A DNA stretch of 63,390 nt, the filler included, from Acidimicrobiia bacterium (GTDB taxonomy: Bacteria; Actinomycetota; Acidimicrobiia; Spongiisociales; JAHEDJ01): assembly GCA_029210695.1 (NCBI GenBank). It is 18 parts of 18 records of this genome, joined end to end, with 100 filler letters (N's around TTAATTAATTAA, not from the genome) between each part and the next. Parts side by side here need not be neighbours in the genome. Positions count along the whole stretch, not along the records: positions 49,052 to 51,905 come from JARGFH010000131.1; positions 52,006 to 54,835 come from JARGFH010000132.1; positions 54,936 to 57,713 come from JARGFH010000133.1; positions 57,814 to 60,578 come from JARGFH010000134.1; positions 60,679 to 63,390 come from JARGFH010000135.1; 13 more parts are not named here. One strand, written 5' to 3'. The position numbers and the translations under genes are program-made. The notes under the pieces are model-generated. The model ran no database searches. It saw nothing but the letters and a program-made list of their open reading frames with translations, and had not been told where the DNA came from. Shown here piece by piece: positions 51,497 to 60,831 of this stretch (positions within the stretch are counted from its first letter, which is position 1; each line of letters starts with the position of its first letter).

Positions 51497-51820
51497 CTAC
51501 CGGCGGATCAAGGTCAGCAGCAGGATCGTCGGTTCCAACGCCAGAACCGCGTGTTGGAGGTGGGCCGGCATATGCACCCATGATCCTGGAACGGCAACCG
51601 TCTTCTCTTCGCCGAGTACGAGTTCTGCTCGCCCGCTGATGATCTGCACGATCGCCGGCCTGGATGCCGTGTGTTCGGTGAGTTCCTGGTCCGTGTCGAA
51701 GGCGAACAGCACCAGGCGGATCTCGTCGTCCTTGTATAGAACCCGGCTGAGGGTTCCGTCTTTCGGGATTTCCACTTCTGAGGCAAGGTCGGTGATGACG
51801 GTGGCGAGTGATGTGTCCAT
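51497..51820 (-). CDS. Cupin-domain protein
   Basis: FAFD..QELTEHTA, MPA...HAV.A. Confidence 0.85.
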   Translation of the reverse strand: MDTSLATVITDLASEVEIPKDGTLSRVLYKDDEIRLVLFAFDTDQELTEHTASRPAIVQIISGRAELVLGEEKTVAVPGSWVHMPAHLQHAVLALEPTILLLTLIRR

Positions 51821-52155
51821 TCGGTCAAGGCTAGACACCCCAGGGTTGTATCTTGTCAAGCGGCGGCTTTGTCTCGTGTTGTCTGGCGGTGGGCCCAGGC
51901 GGTGTNNNNNNNNNNNNNNNNNNNNNNNNNNNNNNNNNNNNNNNNNNNNTTAATTAATTAANNNNNNNNNNNNNNNNNNNNNNNNNNNNNNNNNNNNNNN
52001 NNNNNGTCTCCGGCATCACCCACGACTGGCCCGCCGCCAACCAACCTCACCGAAAGCCACTTTTTCGGCAGCCACCTAGAACACGAGGACCTTTCTTGGC
52101 CACCAGCGAGGACCGCCGATGGCCACCAGCGAGGACATCAAGATGGCCCTTGACA

Positions 52156-52877
52156 GACAGTCGGGATGTCAGATATCCGTTGACCTGGTCAACGCCGGCC
52201 GAGACGTCTACCTCTGCACCAGCAAGGTGGGACGTCTCCGCCGGAGGTATCGACAACGGGACGTCGTGGAATGGGGGGAAGACATGGGGTTCTGGGACGT
52301 TCCGGTTGAAGGGCTTCCGGATCCTGCGATGCAGTTCGCCGCCCAGCCGCAGGTGTCCGGGGTGGGACGGTTGGGGAGCACCCTTAGCCTGCAGTCGATG
52401 GCCCGTGACGGGGTGCATCTGATGGGCCGCCTCAGCGATGTTGAAGATGGCGTGCTGAAGACGGACGGCTCCCTGGCAGAACACATCGCCTTCGCCGACG
52501 AGCGCTCGGCGGAGTTCACCAGAATGATCGAGGATTGGATCTCCTCCAACGGCGTTGGCGCCGGGCCGATCGAGGATGATCCCAACGACGAGCCCGCCGG
52601 CCCGGAAGTCGCCGAGTCGGGGATCACAGCGCTGGACCTTTTGGAGGCCGGCGTCGGATCGGTTATCTGGTGCACCGGATTCACAGCCGACTTCGGCTGG
52701 ATCCATGCTCGCGTAACGGACCAGAATGGACGGCCCATCCACAAGAGAGGGATCTCCCCCGTTCCCGGGATCTACTTCCTCGGGTTTCCGTGGCTGCACT
52801 CGCGCAAGTCGGGGATCATCTACGGCATCGACGAGGACGCCGGTTTCATTGCGGAAACCATCGCGGCTCGGACCTGA
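52156..52877 (+). pseudogene. Flavin-containing monooxygenase C-terminal part, cut by IS21
   Basis: QSGCQI, RRYR.RD, VIWCTGF, GIYFLG.PW. Confidence 0.8.
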
Positions 52878-52963
52878 CGGCGATGAAGCGCAGATCATGT
52901 GCGACTCGCCTCATACCCGTACTCGGGTGTGTTCGGGCAATCTCGACGCGGTAGGTTCGAGAA

Positions 52964-53856
52964 ATGCGAGCAATGCAAGAACAGCATCGGGTTGGTGTTC
53001 ATTACCTGGAAGCTGTGACGGCGCTCCTGCAGCGAGGCCGCCGCGTCCACCCCACGAAAGGGCTGTACGAAGCCGCCGAGCTGCAATGGTGGTGGGTGAA
53101 ACCCCGCGCTCGACCGACCATTTCCCCCAGCTGTTCTGGTTCGATGACCTCGGTCGCCCGGAAGCTGCAGTGATCGTCACCGAATGGCACGACTGGATAG
53201 GTCTTGACCCGATCGTCATGCCCGACGCAACTCCCGATTGGGTTGCACATGTCGTCGAGCGCGGGCTTGCTCACGCCGGTGAGTCCGGGATTCAAACCGC
53301 CCAACTCGAGGTCGACCGTTCCGATGACGTGATGCGTGAGGTGTTGGCCGGCCATGGCTTCGCCATCAAGGAGGAAGGTTTGGTCGAGTCGTGGCTGGCT
53401 GCAGACGCTCGGCCAGGGATCAGCCCGCTGCACGACGGCTATCGGTTGCTCAGTCGCCTCGACACCACGCGGCGGCCGCATCATATGATCGAACGAAACG
53501 GACCAGACGTAGAGCAGCGTTTGCTTCAAACATCGCTGTACCGCTCCGATCTCGATCTGCTCGTTCTTGACCGCGCCGACAACCACGCCGCGAGGGGTCT
53601 GTTCTGGTACGACCCCGAGACCGCCACGGGTGTCGTCGAACCCATGCGCACCGAAGACGATCACCAGCAACGAGGACTTGCCCGGCACGTACTCACGACC
53701 GGAATCGATTTGCTTGCCGAGGCCGGCGCAGAGCGCATCAAGATCGTCTTCGAACCGGACAACCCGGCGTCGAGTCATCTCTACCTGAGCGTCGGCTTCG
53801 AACCCGTCAAGCAGACCGACACCTTCTCCGGCCGAGCCAGCGCAAGAGCTTCGTAG
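52964..53856 (+). pseudogene. GNAT acetyltransferase, frameshifted near 53100
   Basis: YEAAELQWWW N-terminus in one frame; EPMRT..QQRGLA, LY.SVGF in another. Confidence 0.75.
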
Positions 53857-53859
53857 GCG

Positions 53860-53900
53860 GACGCTGCGCCACGAACCCCGAACGGCACTGCTGCGTGCGG
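53860..53900 (-). repeat. GTGCCG-family repeat, copy N
   Basis: CCGCACGCAGCAGTGCCGTTCGGGG between the GNAT and MazF stops. Confidence 0.65.
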
Positions 53901-53910
53901 TGCGTATCGG

Positions 53911-54243
53911 TCAGTTGCCGGCGAGACCGAAGAACACAACCACTGCACGTCCGAGCCTGACCATGTCCTGGTCGGCTAGGCGGCCGATTCGTTCGCCGAG
54001 TTTGGAGCGGGGCACGGTCGTCACCTTGTCGACCATCAAGCTGCTGGCCTCTCGCAGACCGTTGTGATCGTCGGGCACGACAGGGAGCCGAATCAACGGT
54101 GCTTCGGTCGGATCAGTGGTGAAGGTACACACGGTCACCGAGTCGGTAGCGTCGAAGCGATCATCCTGGATGATGACTACCGGGCGAGGTTTGCCTTTAT
54201 ACCCACTCCCGCCTGCGGCCATCCAGATCTCTGCGCGCCTCAC
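53911..54243 (-). CDS. PemK/MazF toxin
   Basis: GKPRPVVIIQ.D, S.LMVDK.TTV, IGRL. Confidence 0.92.
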   Translation of the reverse strand: MRRAEIWMAAGGSGYKGKPRPVVIIQDDRFDATDSVTVCTFTTDPTEAPLIRLPVVPDDHNGLREASSLMVDKVTTVPRSKLGERIGRLADQDMVRLGRAVVVFFGLAGN

Positions 54244-54461
54244 TTGTCGTCAAGGCTGAGCGCGTCGATGAACGCCTGGTCGTCGGCGGCGTGCTCACTA
54301 GCTGTGACGGCGACGGATTGACGGTGCGCCTCGGCGGCGAAACCTGGAGAGCGGACATCGGACACCCACAATTGGATTGGTCGCATTCCCTGCTCCCTCA
54401 TTCGCTTCCGGTAATTTTCCACCCGCCGTGATACGGACGGGTCGTTCTGTGGTGGAGCCAT
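54240..54461 (-). CDS. DUF3018 MazE-like antitoxin
   Basis: RV..YR..MR.QG.RP.Q.WV.DVR...F..EAHRQS; GTGA overlap with the toxin. Confidence 0.88.
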   Translation of the reverse strand: MAPPQNDPSVSRRVENYRKRMREQGMRPIQLWVSDVRSPGFAAEAHRQSVAVTASEHAADDQAFIDALSLDDK

Positions 54462-54469
54462 CCACCAAT

Positions 54470-54481
54470 GTTACATGTAAC
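54470..54481. promoter_or_regulatory. Palindromic TA operator
   Basis: GTTACATGTAAC, 8 nt upstream of the antitoxin ATG. Confidence 0.6.
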
Positions 54482-54494
54482 GGCGTGGCTTCTG

Positions 54495-54550
54495 AACCCC
54501 TATCACCAGATCGAGTACATGAACGCCCATTCACCCGAGTATCAGGGATC
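54495..54550 (-). repeat. GTGCCG-family repeat, copy O (right part only, after IS110)
   Basis: GATCCCTGATACTCGGGTGAATGGGCGTTCATG...GATCTGGTGATAGG. Confidence 0.65.
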
Positions 54551-54759
54551 GATGCCTGTTTGGTTGTCAAGGGGGTTTTTGGGCGCGTTTGGTCTTCCGG
54601 CTGGGCCGGGGGCTGGTGGTTGGGCGTAGGCTGGGGGTTGGCCCGGGGTGGCTGAGCGGAAGAGCCGGCGTTTCAGGATGCAAAGCCGGTCACGCACGCG
54701 ACAGAGACGTTCCTGGGTGCCCCCCGGGCCCTAACGCGATTGTTGGTCTGAGACGAGAT
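54551..54759 (-). mobile_element. IS110-family right end: transposase tail and structured 3' non-coding region
   Basis: NLVSDQQSR*, then GGCCCGGGG...CCCCGGGCC stem, then CTTGACAACCAAACAGGCATC. Confidence 0.7.
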
Positions 54760-55047
54760 TGTATCGCCCTGGGATTCTTGGAGACTCTTTACCTTGGAAG
54801 CGAGGATGGAGTTATGTCAAAGAAACTGCAGGCGCNNNNNNNNNNNNNNNNNNNNNNNNNNNNNNNNNNNNNNNNNNNNTTAATTAATTAANNNNNNNNN
54901 NNNNNNNNNNNNNNNNNNNNNNNNNNNNNNNNNNNTCCTATTACGAGGCGCGACCTCCATCACTCGACGGGGAGGGCGAGATCTCCCTTCGAGGGCTGGT
55001 GAAGGTCGTGCTAGCGATCTATCACTTTTCGTACTATTCTAGGATTC

Positions 55048-56472
55048 GTGAGTCAGCGTTCGTCGGTCAGGGCCGCAGCCATCTATTGCAGGATCAGCCG
55101 AGACGCTGGTGGCGAGGGTCTTGGAGTGGCTCGTCAAGAGAAGTTATGTCGGAAGCTCGCTGTCGAGAAGGGATGGCCCGTCGCGGGGGTATATACCGAC
55201 AACGACCTGTCGGCGTATGCCGGCGCCCCACGACCGGCATACGAGGAGCTCATCGGCGATCTCGAGGCGGGCGTGGTTGATGCCGTGTTGGTCGTCGACC
55301 AAGATCGACTGACGCGATATCCCCGCGAGCTCGAGGACTTCATCATCCGAGCCGACAGGCTCGGCATTGCACTCGCCAACGTCTCGGGAGAGATTGATCT
55401 CGGGACCTCCGATGGTCGGTTCCGGGCCCGAATCCTCGGAGCAGTCGCGCGTCAGGAATCTGAGAAGAAGTCTGAGAGACTGAAGCGCCAACGGGAGCAG
55501 CAGGCGCAGATGGGGCTTCCGACAGGGGGTCGGAGGCGCTTTGGGTACCGGGCTGCTCGCGATGATCAGGGGCGACCCTCCTTGACCATCGTCGAGGAGG
55601 AAGCCGAGATCGTGCGAGAAGCGGCTCGACGGTTCCTTGGTGGTGAATCACTGCGCGCGATTGCCTCGGACTTCAATCTTCGTGGCGTGTCAACTGTGAC
55701 TGGCGCCCCATGGCGAGTGACCACTTTGAGGACGCTTCTCACGGGGCCGCAGTTGGCAGGCCTTCGAGTTCATCATGGTGAGATCATTGGGAACGCAGCA
55801 TGGGAGCCGATCCTCGATCGGAACACCTGGGAGCAGATCAGGGCCAAGATCGGGGATCCGAGGAGGTCGCAAGGGGGGCGGCCGCCGTCCTATCTGCTGA
55901 CAGGCATGCTGCGGTGTGGCCGCTGCGGTGCCACCCTGCATTCGTCGCGACGGGCTGATGGTTCCCGCCGCTACATGTGCAACAGCGGGGCTGCTCAGGG
56001 TCCGTGTGGCAGAACCGCCGTGACGGCGGGCCCTCTCGAAGAGGAAGTCACAGAGCAGCTCCTTGGTGCACTTGGGGGTCCACCGCTTTGGCGTGTACTT
56101 GACCGAAGCGACGACATCGACGCACAGAAGATCACAAGGCAGCTGATATCTGACGAGGAATCGTTGGAACGGTTAGCTCGGGACCACTATGTGGAGCGTG
56201 CCATCAGCCGACGGGAATTCCTTACTGCTCGCGACGCCCTTCAACGACGTATCGAAGAGAACATGGCCTCGCTCAAGGTGCCGGCGAGCAGGGCGGCGCT
56301 TGCCGGGCTGCCTGGGACCCTCGATGAGCTGCGTCTCACCTGGGCCGCGCTCGACATCGATCGCCAACGGGCGATCTTGCAGGCGGTCGTCGAAGAGATC
56401 GTTGTTAAGCCGGGTAGGCCCGGGCGACGGTATTTCGATCCTGCACGGATCGAGGTCCACTGGCGGGCGTGA
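55048..56472 (+). CDS. Large serine recombinase (integrase)
   Basis: YCRISRD, DQDRLTR, RRFGY, LLTGMLRCGRCG, DPARIEVHW. Confidence 0.95.
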   Translation: MSQRSSVRAAAIYCRISRDAGGEGLGVARQEKLCRKLAVEKGWPVAGVYTDNDLSAYAGAPRPAYEELIGDLEAGVVDAVLVVDQDRLTRYPRELEDFIIRADRLGIALANVSGEIDLGTSDGRFRARILGAVARQESEKKSERLKRQREQQAQMGLPTGGRRRFGYRAARDDQGRPSLTIVEEEAEIVREAARRFLGGESLRAIASDFNLRGVSTVTGAPWRVTTLRTLLTGPQLAGLRVHHGEIIGNAAWEPILDRNTWEQIRAKIGDPRRSQGGRPPSYLLTGMLRCGRCGATLHSSRRADGSRRYMCNSGAAQGPCGRTAVTAGPLEEEVTEQLLGALGGPPLWRVLDRSDDIDAQKITRQLISDEESLERLARDHYVERAISRREFLTARDALQRRIEENMASLKVPASRAALAGLPGTLDELRLTWAALDIDRQRAILQAVVEEIVVKPGRPGRRYFDPARIEVHWRA

Positions 56473-56491
56473 CCCGTTTGGTGGTTCGACC

Positions 56492-56710
56492 TCACGCTAT
56501 CCCGTGCCCCGGGATCCGTTGTCTGTCGTGGAGAGTCGCCAGGACCGCTGCCACCCGTGCCAGCACGATGGGGTCTTCTACGTGGTCGGGTAGTCCAGCT
56601 GCCCGGCGAGAAGCAGCAGCGGGGTTGGCCTCAGACTTGGCTTCCGTGGTTGATTCGGAGTGAGCCGATCGGAGCCCTGTGGGAACTGGATGCGATATGA
56701 CAACAGTCAC
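56492..56710 (-). CDS. Small element-associated protein
   Basis: GLPDHVEDPIVLARVAAVL motif, convergent on the integrase; start uncertain. Confidence 0.45.
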   Translation of the reverse strand: MTVVISHPVPTGLRSAHSESTTEAKSEANPAAASRRAAGLPDHVEDPIVLARVAAVLATLHDRQRIPGHGIA

Positions 56711-57813
56711 CGACGACTCCGCATGGTGGCGATCGAAGTTCGAGGTCGATCATCACCTGTAACCCTTTCACCAGAATGCCAAGCCGCACCCGTCCGTCTC
56801 CAGGCGTTGGGTGACCCCGATTGGAGGGTTTCTGACAGGGTTACTGACACTCTGATGACAGGGTGCGATGCGACGCTCTGTGCATGGCGGTGTCGCCTCC
56901 GTTGATCTCGGACAGCTCTGGTGGGTATTTGAGGGCGCCCTGCATTGAGATGACAGGGTTGTCGCGTCGGGCGTTGGTGGGCGCCTCGTAGGTGGACGAT
57001 GGTGACGGATTCGCGAATTCGCCCCCGCGCCTTTGCACCTGCCTTCTGGCGAGCCGGCAGGGCTCTGCAGGCGTTCTTTGAGTATCCGGGCATGACGAGA
57101 TCGTGACCTGTCACCCTCGTAAACCACTCGCAGAAACCCTCGCAAGGAACCGTCGCAAACCGCTCGGTCATCTGGCCGTCCCCGACTACTCGGGAGGTGT
57201 TGGAGGTTCGACGTTGCCTGTCACCCTCGGGAGAGAAGGTCGATGAAGGACCCTCCGGGTGGTCGCCTGGAACCCCGGCCGGCCTGGTCGACGCCTGGTG
57301 GGCTTGTCCGTGGTCCTTTCCTCCGTGACTGGTTGGAGGATTCCCGGTCGCAAAAGGCCCCTTGTCCTTGCCCCCGGGGGGCTCCTCTGTCCGTCAAGAA
57401 CGGCCCTCTCGAAACTCTCTCCTCTCGTACCGTCCACTGCAACCGGCATCCCCGTCGACTCAGAAGTGATTCTGCGAATGATTTGCGAGGGTCCTTGTTC
57501 AAGATCGCAGGAGATCAGATCTTGGTAAGGGAGAGCCGTATGTCGAACAGCCACCGCCAGCACATCAGCACCCGCGGGAACCGGACCGACAGCTCAACCC
57601 GCCTCGCATCCAACCCCACTCGATATCACACGCACGTGCAACACTTCCTGTGTCAAGCCCTGGGTGGTTTGGTTGGTGTTGTCAGGGCGCGTGGGAGTGG
57701 GGCCGCGGCGCGGNNNNNNNNNNNNNNNNNNNNNNNNNNNNNNNNNNNNNNNNNNNNTTAATTAATTAANNNNNNNNNNNNNNNNNNNNNNNNNNNNNNN
57801 NNNNNNNNNNNNN

Positions 57814-58285
57814 CGACGGAGTGTTGGGCTTCGGTGGCGATGAGTCGTCGGTGGACGGTGCCGAGTGTGAGACGTCCTGGCTGGGGTCGGCGGATCAGGA
57901 GGGGTTTGAGGTCTCGGGGTTTGGCCCATCGGGCTGACTTGCCATTCGAGGAGTTCCGATTCTGGTCGTGCCAGCGGTAGCCGATCGCACCGATGGCAAT
58001 CAGAACCGCCACGAGGAAGATGAGCGTGCCGTAGTAGGGGAGTGGCCCCGGGAGCGCCGGGGCGGCTGCCGGTGGCCAGGCTTCGGTAGGAATGGCCGGA
58101 CTGGCGACGAGTTTCCAGAGGATACGTGGACTCTCGGAGAGGGGAACGGGCGGCCAGGTGCCGTTCCAGAGGAGGGCGGCGACCTGGCCAGCGGTCCACA
58201 CCACCAGGCAGGCGGCCACCAGGCCGCCGGTGACCATGGTGAGGGCCTTCTCACCGTCCGGACTGTTCGGCGCCGGGGGGGTCAT
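57814..58285 (-). CDS. Type IV coupling protein (VirD4/TraD-like) N-terminus, runs into gap
   Basis: Two TM segments, ARWA...DL.PL, RL.LG, ATE..HSV. Confidence 0.75.
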
Positions 58286-58740
58286 CGTTCGATGCCCCGT
58301 TGCCGTGCCGTCTGGTGTCGATCGCGTGGTTCGGTGATGAGGGTGCGCAAGAGTGGGCTTTGGCAGGCTCCACACCGGCAGGCGCGCGGGGTGGGTTGGG
58401 TCCATCCGTCGGGCCAGTAGGGGATGGTGGCGGCACAAGGCGCGCAGAGGGCATGGCTTCCGAGCAGTGGGATGAGGGTGTATTCACCGTCGGCGGGGAT
58501 TTGGCTGTTGCACAGATCGCAGATCCAGAGGCTGTTGTCGTCGGGAACGCTGGTGATGATGACCACCCCGAGTCGCTCCATCTCTTCCCGGAACCCGGCT
58601 TCGGCTGCGACTCTGCGCCGGTAGGCCTCACGGTGGGCGGCGGGCCGGACGACGAACCGTAGATCGTCACGGCACGACTCACACAATCCTTGCGCGGTGA
58701 GGCGAGTCTCGACGTCGCAGCTCACACATGTGTGGCTCAC
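58282..58740 (-). CDS. Cys-rich Zn-finger protein
   Basis: Five CxxC pairs; overlapping start/stop codons in the operon. Confidence 0.6.
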   Translation of the reverse strand: MSHTCVSCDVETRLTAQGLCESCRDDLRFVVRPAAHREAYRRRVAAEAGFREEMERLGVVIITSVPDDNSLWICDLCNSQIPADGEYTLIPLLGSHALCAPCAATIPYWPDGWTQPTPRACRCGACQSPLLRTLITEPRDRHQTARQRGIER

Positions 58741-59054
58741 CTTTCCACCCCCTGGCTGACAGCCCGTTGCCGGTGGGGTCGGTTGACGATCTCGGCGAAG
58801 AGGAGAAGTCCCGCGACCCGATCATCGGCATCCAGTTGGTCCCATTGGTCGAGCACCGTCTGGGCGAACCCACCGAGCGGATGCGAGCTCCCGTTGAGGA
58901 CGTGGGCGATGCTCCCTCGCTCTTCTTCGTCGAGTTGGAGCGAGGCATCGGAAGGGCCATCGTAGGAGGCCGCTAAGGCCGCGAAGGCTGTGGCGATCCG
59001 CTGCCTGCTGAGAATCTCGGTCGGGTCGACCGGCTGGGGTTGGACGGGTGTCAT
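58737..59054 (-). CDS. Hypothetical protein in the conjugation operon
   Basis: AGGA RBS, overlaps the next gene. Confidence 0.55.
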   Translation of the reverse strand: MTPVQPQPVDPTEILSRQRIATAFAALAASYDGPSDASLQLDEEERGSIAHVLNGSSHPLGGFAQTVLDQWDQLDADDRVAGLLLFAEIVNRPHRQRAVSQGVER

Positions 59055-59067
59055 ATGTGGGTTCCTG

Positions 59068-60270
59068 TCAGTGGGTGCAGCCGCTCGTGGGTGCAGTGGC
59101 GGGGTTGAGCCCGATCCCGTTCCACCAGGCTTCGAGGAGGGGTTGTGGGCAGATGAGTGCACCGTCGGGGTTGCGGATCTGGAGGTGGAGGTGCGGGGCT
59201 TCGGAGTTGCCGGTGTTGCCCGACGTCATGATCAGCTGTCCAGGTGTGACCTCGGCTCCGGGCTCGATGTTGACTTGGGTGCCGTGGCAGTAGGTGTAGC
59301 GATGGCTATCGAGACCGGTGATCGTGACTCCCCAGCCGCACTTGCAGGAGGAGCATGGCTCGTAGACGTTGCTGACGGTGCCGGGGTGGGCGGCGTAGAC
59401 GGGTGTGCCTTCGGGTACGCCGAGGTCAGAGGCGGGGTAGTCGTGGTGACTCCTGCGGATCTCGTCGACGGTCACTGTGCTGACGGGCAGCGGGAAGGCG
59501 TACAGGCCGTTGGCGAGGACGACACCGCCGGTGAATTGGAAGGACCGGTAGTAGTCGATCCAGCCGGCGACGGTGGCTACGTATTCGGCCGAATTGTTGT
59601 ATCGGAGGAGCGCTCCGGCGAGGTCGTCGGGGTTGGTGTAGTCGCCGGGGGCGGTGAGACAAAGGTGGGCGACGGTGGCGAGCGCGGCGTCGAACACGTT
59701 CTGCGGATCCTTGGTGCCGTCGGCGTTGCCGTCCTGTCCGAAGGCACGCCACGATCCGGGGAGGAATTGCGCGGGACCGACAGCTCGGTCCCAGGTCGGG
59801 TCGCCGTCGAGGAGGCCGTCGTCGGTGTCGGGGACGGTGGCGGTGTCGGGCTCGGAGCCGTCCAGGGTGATCCCGTACAGCGGAGGGGTGACGATGCCGT
59901 CGGGGGTGACGGTGCGGCCCCGGTAGGTGGCGTGGTTGGATTCGACCTTCCAGATGCCGGCGATGATCGGCCAGTCGACGACACAGCCTTCGGCGACGCT
60001 CGGGGCATTGCTCTCGGCGGCGACATACGCGGAGAACATCACCGGGCGGATGCCGAGCGCCCCGCCCGCAGCGGCCGCAGGTCCACCGGCGACGACGGCC
60101 GCCAAACCGAGGGCGAGCACGAGGAGGATCAGCGCTGCGGGTACCGAGACGATCCCGACACCGATGATGACCCGTTTGAGTCCGAGATTCATGCTGCGCT
60201 CGGCGGCCTTCTCGGCGAGCTTTCGCTTGGCGACACTGACCGCGACCTTGGCGACGACGTGCCAGCTCAC
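59068..60270 (-). CDS. Lytic transglycosylase plus M23 peptidase
   Basis: W..IAGI..VES.H, AVGPAQF.P.SW, HH.Y.A.D, Y.H, G.TG.S..PHLH. Confidence 0.9.
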   Translation of the reverse strand: MSWHVVAKVAVSVAKRKLAEKAAERSMNLGLKRVIIGVGIVSVPAALILLVLALGLAAVVAGGPAAAAGGALGIRPVMFSAYVAAESNAPSVAEGCVVDWPIIAGIWKVESNHATYRGRTVTPDGIVTPPLYGITLDGSEPDTATVPDTDDGLLDGDPTWDRAVGPAQFLPGSWRAFGQDGNADGTKDPQNVFDAALATVAHLCLTAPGDYTNPDDLAGALLRYNNSAEYVATVAGWIDYYRSFQFTGGVVLANGLYAFPLPVSTVTVDEIRRSHHDYPASDLGVPEGTPVYAAHPGTVSNVYEPCSSCKCGWGVTITGLDSHRYTYCHGTQVNIEPGAEVTPGQLIMTSGNTGNSEAPHLHLQIRNPDGALICPQPLLEAWWNGIGLNPATAPTSGCTH

Positions 60271-60578
60271 ACTGAGGTCCTCCGCTGAGCCTGCCGCCAC
60301 GCGGCGCCTGCCAGTGCCGGGGCTTGACCTTGCTTCCTGCGGGGCCGAGCGGGGATGTCGGCTGTGGTTTGCCTGACGGTGTGTGTGACGCCGAGGCCGG
60401 TGATCCCGCCAGCCTGGTAGGGGCGGACCCAGGTGGCACCGTGCGCCCCACCGATCTGGCCGCCTTCGAGACGTTGCAGGGTGGAATCGGCGAACCGCGA
60501 CGAGATGTCGAGGAGCTGGCGGCGGCCCACCGCCATGACGGCCATGAAGAAGATCACCAGCAGGAACCGGGTCCACAG
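60267..60578 (-). CDS. C-terminus of membrane conjugation protein (VirB6/TrbL-like)
   Basis: TM segment plus low-complexity tail; GTGA overlap with the hydrolase; positional inference. Confidence 0.45.
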   Translation of the reverse strand: MWTRFLLVIFFMAVMAVGRRQLLDISSRFADSTLQRLEGGQIGGAHGATWVRPYQAGGITGLGVTHTVRQTTADIPARPRRKQGQAPALAGAAWRQAQRRTSV

Positions 60579-60754
60579 NNNNNNNNNNNNNNNNNNNNNN
60601 NNNNNNNNNNNNNNNNNNNNNNTTAATTAATTAANNNNNNNNNNNNNNNNNNNNNNNNNNNNNNNNNNNNNNNNNNNNTGGTCTCCGGCATCACCCACGA
60701 CTGGCCCGCCGCCAACCAACCTCACCGAAAGCCACTTTTTCGGCAGCCACCTAG

Positions 60755-60831
60755 GCGGTACCTTCGATGCCGGGCCACGGCTCGGCGGCGGGTTCCGGGT
60801 CGTTGCACGATTGCCGATTGGAGAACAGTGA
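60755..60831 (+). pseudogene. Sensor kinase C-terminal stub, cut by IS
   Basis: GGTFDAGPRLGGGFRVVARLP. Confidence 0.75.

Noticed and set aside
16..54550. GTGCCG repeats as a CRISPR array or canonical attC sites
   Set aside because: Too degenerate and spaced by whole genes; no cas genes; no RYYYAAC/GTTRRRY ends and no IntI seen.
58990..60288. Long antisense or alternate-frame ORFs (also 6937-7887, 49832-51211, 990-1793)
   Set aside because: Shadow ORFs of high-GC genes that have clear motifs in another frame.
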